Shown piece by piece: positions 55,924 to 64,000 of a stretch of 64,000 nucleotides of DNA; positions within the stretch are counted from its first letter, which is position 1; the number at the start of each line of letters is the position of its first letter. The notes below the pieces were generated by a model, which was not told where the DNA came from, did not search any database, and saw only the letters and a list, made by a program, of their open reading frames with translations. The DNA lies in the NCBI RefSeq assembly GCF_009914755.1, contig NC_060925.1; one strand, 5' to 3'. A program made the translations under genes and the position numbers. Origin of the DNA: the human T2T-CHM13v2.0 reference genome, Homo sapiens.

Positions 55924-57114
55924 AGAGATAGCAGTCTTGGCCTATGGACTGGATTCTTGTTTCGCTTGTGATATCACTTTTTCCAGTCACTGATTTGGAA
56001 TATTTGCGTTTTTTAACTTCTCTTTGTCAGATCTCAGGCTGCCTGGGAGGTTGAGGGTAGGGGTAGAAGAGGGATTACAAAAACCTGGCAGCCTCCATGG
56101 ACTCACACTATGGGTACACATTAGAAATACACCAGGGAATGGAAGATGAGTCACAGCCATGCTGAGTCATGCTGGCCAGATAACTATCAGAAGGATTTCC
56201 TGTTTGCCTGCGAGGGACACAGATGATAAATTATTTTTCCTCTTATTTAACCCATTTGTGTTAATAATAACGTCATAGATGGTGTATCCCTTGGTCCATT
56301 ATCAGAACTCTCTTAGTTTAGTCTTCCAAATATAGAAGGAACAATGGGACACAGGGTCCTGAAGTGAGTCTGTGCCTTATTCGGTAAATTTGATGCAAGC
56401 ATCTTTGCCTTTAAGTGCAGAGAATGTCAGTCTTCTCACACGGAATGGGGAAGGCTGCTTTGTGTACTTCCCCTGACACTACAGCATCCAGATGGCCAGT
56501 CATCTGGGAAGAGGAGAGCAGAGTTACAAAGGAGACAGAGTCAATGATAAGTTCAGAGGCCTAGGAAAGTTTATTTAACCATAATTGTCATCACTGAGTG
56601 AACAGGCAAAGAACCCGCATTAAGTCTTGCTCAATTTCTAGAAGCAGATTCCCAAACGTGGATGTGCCTATGCATCCATCTCCTGCGATGCTCGTGATCA
56701 AGGTAAATTCCTTGCTTCTATGCATAGTCCTGGAAGCTGATTTTTTAAAAGACTCCCTTCCTCAGTAATTTTGATCCACTTTGGAAAACATTGCCTTGGA
56801 TGACATCCTCTTCTGGGCCTAGTCATTGAACATGTTGAAAATTGTAATGTCTGCAACATGGAAATGTACAGCTAAAATTTACACTAGAAATGACTTGTAT
56901 GTATGGTAGAGGATAAAAGTGGGGATGAGAAGAAAAGAGAAGAGGAGCACATTAGGATCAACAATTTTAAGGTACTGAAGAATGTGAGCATTCTGTAAGC
57001 CACAAATTACCATGCTATGAAGCTTCAAATTGCACTTATGCCACTGGCCAACATATACATTCATCATTTGTCCTGCTCTATCATGGAAAGAATGGATAAT
57101 TTACACTGCTCTTG

Positions 57115-57680
57115 ATTTTTTAAATGAGATTCACATACCATAAAAATCACTATTTTAAAATGTACAGTTCAACAGTTTTCAGTATATTCACATAACTGCA
57201 GATATCACTATCTAATTCCAGAATATTTTCATCACTCTCAAAAGAAATCTATGCTTGAATAATCCATTTCCTATTCTCCCCTCCAACCTCTAGCAACCAC
57301 TAATTTACTTCCTGTCTCCATGATTTGCCTATTACGAAAATGCTGTATAAATAGTATCATGGAAATGCTGTATAAATATGTGTGCTTTTGTGACTGGTTG
57401 CTTTCACTTAGCATAATGTTCTCAAGGATCATTCATGTTGCAACCTGTGTTAGTACTTCATTCCTTTTCTGAGAGTAAGTTATATTCCATTGTATAGATA
57501 TACCACATTTTTATTTATCCATTAACCAGCTGATGGACACTTGAGTTGTTTCTACTTTTTGGCTATTCTGGGTAATGCTGCTATGAGTGTGTGCACATTT
57601 TTAGTGAATATATGATTTCATTTCTCTTGAGTATATACTAAGAGTAGAATTGCTTGACAATATGGCAATTCTATTGTTTT
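57115..57680 (-). mobile_element. L1MB-type 3' end
   Basis: gagattcacataccataaaa...ctaattccagaatattttcatcact...ctttcacttagcataatg. Confidence 0.8.
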
Positions 57681-58102
57681 CTTCATATAACCAAAGGAAT
57701 TCTTCATAAAGTTGCTGCCCCTATACTGCCAGAGTCTATTTCTCTTGGATGGCATTCAACAGGAATCACATTTTCATACTTCTTCCAGCTAGGATCTTGA
57801 AAAATTAAAGCAGCATCTGAATAATATGTGAAATATCATAAAATACCATAAAATAACTTACAGATCTGCTGTTGATACTCCTCATTATTATCTTTCTTTA
57901 TTCCTTAGAAACCAAATCCTTCACACACACACGCGCGCATGTGCATACACACACATCACAGACTGGCAAGAAGGTATTTCCTCCTTGTATGCTTTATTCT
58001 CTTTTAAAAAAACAATGCTAGTTCTTAAGAATGGAGATTTTATTTCTCAGATATTCTTACTAAAAATGAACAGATTTAAAAACAGGTTAAGTTCTGAGAG
58101 AG

Positions 58103-58611
58103 TATGTTAAAGTTCTCCAGAGAAACAGAACAATGTGTGTGTATGCATGCACATGCATGCGTGTGTGTGTGCATGCATGTGCACACATGTGCACATGTAC
58201 ATGTGTAGAGAGAGAGAGGTCGTAAGAGAGATGAGGAATATGCAATTATGAAGGATGTGAAGTCTCAAGATCTTCAGGTGGCAATCTGGAGACCCAAGAG
58301 AGATAATGTTTCAGTCCGGGTTTCCAGCCCAAAGGCCGGAAAAGACCAAGTTCATAGTAGTTCATAGCAGTCAAGGAAGTGGAATTCCCCTCTACTCACA
58401 GGAAGGTCAGCCTTCTTATTCTAGTAGGCCTTCAGCTGAGTGGCTGAGGCCCACCCACTTCAGGGAAGGCAATCCTCTTTACTCAGTCTATCAATTCAAA
58501 GATTAATCTCATCAAAAAAACACCCTCACACACACACCCAAAATAATGTTTGACCAAATATCTGGACATCCCATGACCTCATCAAGTTGACACATAAAGT
58601 TTACCATTGCA
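58103..58611 (-). mobile_element. MLT2 (ERVL) LTR with internal purine-pyrimidine microsatellite
   Basis: gttctccagagaaacagaac...ttgaccaaatatctgg...caagttgacacataaa. Confidence 0.8.
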
Positions 58612-59069
58612 GAGAATTCACTTCCTTAAGAATTTTACTGTGCTGTATCTGGGGCTGTATGTGCAGGAAGAATAAGAGGAGAAAATGATCTTTCTCAAGC
58701 AAAAGGAAGCCCTACTATTTGAGTTCTATCATCCAGACCCTTTCCCTGTTCCTGCCATCATCAGGCCTCCGAGGGGCAACAGTAGCCATTGTCCTTTCAA
58801 TTTAGTGAGTTGTGCCCAGTGAGAGACTATCACCCCAGGCAGAATTGTTGAGTGACCAGATGTCTCAGGTCCAGGTAAACTTGGCGTACCTAACCCTACG
58901 AAATAGAAAGTCCCAAATATATGTTTTTAGAGGTGGTTGTTGTGGAGGCAAACTGTAAAAGAGGTCTCTACTGTTTGTGATATCTGTTTTGACTTGAGGA
59001 ACATCTGGCTACCCTCTATCTGATACTTGGTAACAATAAATAAAACAAATTTAAGAATGAGAAACTATT

Positions 59070-59425
59070 ACTTTACTAGAAAATAGGAATCTAAGTAGAA
59101 TAGTGGTTACCAGAGTGGACAGGGAAGGGCTGAAGAGATATTGGTCAAAAAATACAAAATTTCAATTAGACTGGAGAAGTAAGTTCAAGAGATCTATTGT
59201 ACAACATGGTGGCTATAGTTAATAACAATATATTGCACATTTGAAAACTGTTAAAAGAGTATATTTTAAGTGTTCTCACCACAAGTGCCTTATAAGTATG
59301 TTAGGCAGTACATATGCTAGTTATCTTGATTTAGCAATTCCACAATGTATACACATTTCAAAACATGTTGTACACCATAAATATATACAATTTTATTTAT
59401 CGATAAAATGAATAAATAATAAAAT
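59070..59425 (+). mobile_element. L1MA-type 3' end
   Basis: agtagaatagtggttaccagag...gatctattgtacaacatggtg...atgttgtacaccataaatatatacaatttt. Confidence 0.8.
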
Positions 59426-59574
59426 AAGTGGAGACAGACAAAGAGATTATATTAGTGATAAACCAACATTACACAAGAGACCTGAAGGAAGGAAAATGCC
59501 AGATAGGTCATATTAACAGTTTTCCCTACCATCAATGAATGTTTACTATTTTCTATACACTGCTCTAGATTTAT

Positions 59575-59888
59575 TTATTTATTTAATTAATTTGTTTTTT
59601 GAGACAGAGTCTTACTCTGTCACCCAGGCTGGAGTACAGTGGTGCAATCTTGACTCAGTGCAACTTCTACCTCCCTGATTCCAGTGATTCTTCTGCCTCA
59701 GCCCCCAAGTATCTGGGACTACAGGCCCACGCCACCACACCTGGCTAATCTTGGTATTTTTAGTAGAGATGGGGTTTTGCCATGTTGGCCAAGCTGCTCT
59801 TGAACTCCTGACCTCAGATGATCCACCTACCTTGGCCTCCCAAAGTGCTGGGATTATAGGCATAGGATATAGGCTACCACGCCTGGCC
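59575..59888 (-). mobile_element. Alu (S/Jb age) inserted in a MIR
   Basis: Antisense dimer. TSD TAGATTTAT at 59566-59574 and 59889-59897. Confidence 0.88.
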
Positions 59889-61521
59889 TAGATTTATATG
59901 CATTATCTTAATCCCAACAATCATCCTATGAAGTAGGTACTACTGTTATCACTTAAGGACTGAGGCTCAGATATATTAAGGCACCTCTGGTAATGCTCCA
60001 CAGCTAAATCTTTGGAGACCTGAAATCTTAAATCAATTTACCTGACCCCCATAGCTATGTTCTTATTGCTATAGTACATTGCCTCCTATTTCTAAAGAAA
60101 GTTTCTCGACCTAAATTAAAAGTATCTCTGGTTTTTCTACTGACATGCTTCCAAATGAATCCCTTTGGATAGGCATTCTCTTTACTCCAATGGGTAGAGG
60201 TAGAGAATACGGTCAGGCTAAGGTTCCACTGTTAGTCTACCCTACCACTTTGTTGTCAAGACTTTGCCCATGAAATGATGGAAGCAATAAGTTACTTAAC
60301 CTCTCAACTTCAGTTTTTGAATCCATAGATTAGTCTTAATGGCCACCACTAATTAGATCTCTGTTAGGTGCAAATGAGAGAATTTATGTAAAATCTACTA
60401 CAGTTTCTTTCCCTACTGTCCTATATGTCCCCCAATCTACACTCCCTCAGCCAAGTGACAGTAGACACCCTCCAAGGAGGTTGTATAGAATTCCCATGGT
60501 GCCTGATCAAAACTCATATTTCTGAGAGTACACTAAAGTTCCAAGGACTCTTAATTTAGGAGAGGACCCATTCAGTAAATAGCATGCTCTAGGAAATGAC
60601 AAACTATGTGCTCTTAAAACATTGTTGCATTCTTCCCTGCTTAACTTACCTATTGTTGATTGTTGTCTTACAACTATAAAACCTTTTATTTTACTTTTTG
60701 GTGGTGATCTTTTAACGATCTAGTTCTCAAGATGGAAATTCCCAACTTGGAAGGTGTCATTACTTCTTATTATTGTTATTTTATTTTGCAGTGCTCTGAA
60801 TTTTTACATGGGTTATTTTTAAAAATTTAGGTTTTCAAATGAAAGCAACTAAAATGAATATTGTCTAAACATGGAATCTTTGAAAACTTATGGCAACCTG
60901 CCCCCATTTCTGATAACTGAAAACATTCTAGTATATTGCAACACCATTGCAAGCCACTGCTTAAGAGTCCCAACCAAAGAAAGTTTCTCACCACTCAGTA
61001 TGACTTTTAGTCATCAGGAGAAATACATGTCAACAAAAAATTTTTAACTAGACTCTTAATCATAGGCTATGCATGGGATTGCTGATGTTCTGGATGAAGT
61101 GGAAATTTATTTAATTAATGATCACAAAAGCTTCTGATTACTTTGGCCTATTTTCATGAGAATCCTTCCCTCTTTGTCTTATTCTGTCTGTTTTCCTTAT
61201 TTGATTCAAAAGTGAGAATCAAACTTTTTAGATTATTTCTTCTAGAAACCTATGGGAAAATGTATATTTGGTGGGAGTACAGTAGCAATATGTATTTTCT
61301 TGATCTGAATAGGGCAGTTCTATCTTGATCTGAGGGGTGTATCTGGTAAGTCTACAGCAGAATAAATTTCTGATGGCAGGGGCACAAGCCAGGAGGTGTC
61401 CTTGAACAGGGCCCAGGCACAGAGGTGTTAAATTTTCCTGCTTCCCTCAACTTGGCAGCGAAGTATTTAAACTTACGGAGTCCTTAGAGTGGGAGCCAGG
61501 TGGATCTACTCAGGTGATAGA

Positions 61522-61935
61522 TGTCTTAGGTCAGCTTCCCTCGAGGCAGAGCCTGAGACAGGGATTTTTGTGAAGGCAATTTGTTGAGGAAGTGCTCTCA
61601 GGAAAAAGAAACGGAGGGAAGTGGGGTAGGGTAGGGGTGGAAAATAAGGAAGGTAGCTGGGGCTACCTTCAGCCTGTGACCTGCGAGGAATTCTGGAGCA
61701 TGAATTATACCACAAGGTTAGTCTTACTTGGAGACGAGGGGACCGGTATTACATAAGCCCTGTCAATAAGTCATGGGTGGTTGGCTGCCTTCAGGGAAGT
61801 GGCTTCTCTGGGAGAGCAGCTCTCTGAAGAAGGGGAAGCTGTGGACCCTTAGCAGTGACACTCAAGGCTGTTGGGGGATGGTTGGGCCCACTCAGTGAAG
61901 GGAACCTGAGCAGGGTACCAACAGCATCTACTACA
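61522..61935 (-). mobile_element. ERVL LTR16-like solo LTR
   Basis: TGTCTTAGG...gcagagcctgagacagggattt...accaacagcatctactaCA; TG/CA termini. Confidence 0.65.
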
Positions 61936-62881
61936 ATAAGAAATTTCTTTCTCTTTTCATCTCAAGAATTAAAAAAAAGAAGCAAGGAAGGAAGGAAGGA
62001 AGAAAGGAAAAAGAAAAGTAGGTTAATTTCCTTGCTTTTATTTAAAGATTTTTAATAAGACACTTTGAATAAATGTTTTTCTAAGATTTCAGCCAGAGAG
62101 AGACTTAGACTATAATTGTAATTGAAGTCTTTTTGGTTTGCTAGTAATTTGTGGTGACATCTTGTAAGAATTCCTGAAGCTTAAATTTAAGCTGCTTTCC
62201 ATGAAACCACAGCAAAAATTAGTTACATGCAAAAAATTATTTCCTTAATTACTCTTTACCCTTGCCAAGACAAGTTTCACTGTATAATATGTAACTTTAA
62301 GCCTTTAAATCAGAACCTTTCACTTATGATTATTTATTTCTCACTCTTATGACCAGCATATATTTTCATAAAGGCTTGGTTTGGAAGGGCCAGCAAGATA
62401 GCCAAGGGGTAAAATGGCTGGAGTAAGACGCTGACTAGTAATGAGTGCTCAGAGTACTATCAGCTGTCTGTCCAACTGCCCCATATAAGGGGAGGCTACT
62501 TCTCAGCTTTAGCCCAGGATTGCCATGTGACAATGCAAAGCAGTGATGCCAAATTTCTTTACTTTTTCAAGAGAAGATGAAAACTCGGCTTTTCTATACA
62601 AATAACCCTATTTTTGCAACAAACTTAAATTTGTACTACTATGTAGGTCAACTGTGCAGAGTCCAGACAGCCCCCACGTCACTGGTTTTCGTTTGGAGGT
62701 CTGCGTGCTTGCATGTTGCTACTAGACTTGAAGTTCCTGGAATGTAAACTATGCATCTCATTTATCTTTGTGTCATGCACAAAAGAGAGCTTTGCATTTA
62801 ATAAACACTCACTAAATCTTTATTAAAAGACTGGTTGAAAACTTTTGGAAGCTATTAGCATTTGTCATTTGCCTATATTTA

Positions 62882-63285
<404 letters not shown>

Positions 63286-64000
63286 GTCAGGGAAGGGTAC
63301 ACTCAACTGGCTCCCAGGGTGACAAATGAGAAGAGAAGAGACATTAGAGGAGAATCAACAGCCAGGCTGGTTGAGGAGTGGGGCTCACATGCCCTGCTAG
63401 AAGCTTGGCTTGTAGCGTAAGAGTGATGGGAAGACACGAAAAAATCAAACAAGGAACAGGGTGAGCACATTTTGAGGAAGGAGCATGAGCAGTGGCAATG
63501 TGGCCTCAGCCTCATGCTCAGGTAGGGCCTGATAAGCTGCAATGCCCTCTTACCTCCTGTGTGACTGAGGCCATGAAGATGGCACATCCATCTTTGCACC
63601 ACCAAGCACTTCGGTGGGCCAGGGCCCATCATGTGGCCCCTGAATGTAACCAGGGTGTCATCAGTGAAGTGTGAGTATTCCTCACATCCTGAGTCCCTGG
63701 AGCTTGGCACAGCATCTCACTCAGTGAGCTGAGCTTGTGCTTATTGCATGCAGGGAGGAAAAAAGGACTGCTGTGAAGTTTGCCAGAAGCAACATTTCTG
63801 GCAGCCCAATATGGCTGGGAATGGCTAGAAGAGTATGGTAGTGAATTAAATAGCTGGAAAATAAAGCTACAAGAAAAGTGCTCCTCTCATAAAGCAAAGA
63901 TCTCTAGTCACTTGCAAGCTGCAAGCTGGTGGCACAGATTTAGTTGCCCACAATGTGTGAAAAGCAATTTGTTTGAATTAGTTGCTATTAAAAGACTGGC

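Noticed and set aside
63303-63710. 135-aa minus-strand ORF
   Set aside because: No recognisable homology and random-like composition in a locally GC-richer stretch.

Overview
Primate (human-like) AT-rich, repeat-dense, apparently non-genic DNA. There is no intact protein-coding gene: the long ORFs are L1 ORF2, Tigger1 transposase or Alu/LTR read-throughs. The only host-gene-derived sequence is a 5'-truncated processed AIMP1 (EMAP-II domain) pseudogene at about 7935-8353 (-). From memory (unverified), such a fragment could be AIMP1P2 in the FASLG-TNFSF18 interval. Repeats include nested L1s, two 5'-inverted (twin-primed) L1s, a two-LTR MSTB MaLR with TSD, a solo ERV1 LTR, a near full-length Tigger1 carrying a FLAM, several Alus and many MIR/L2/L3 relics. 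Repeat subfamily names are by recognition and need RepeatMasker/Dfam confirmation. Less ordinary observations are: an 85-bp inverted templated copy flanked by a 32-bp direct repeat (16.3-17.9 kb) that brackets an IRF/AP-1/ETS motif cluster; short tandem duplications that double TF motifs (ARE/Maf at 29.5 kb, forkhead at 6.8 kb); a left-arm-only AluSc-like element with its own TSD; a perfect 16-bp hairpin; and a candidate plus-strand non-coding exon. I found no evidence for a new multi-gene system.
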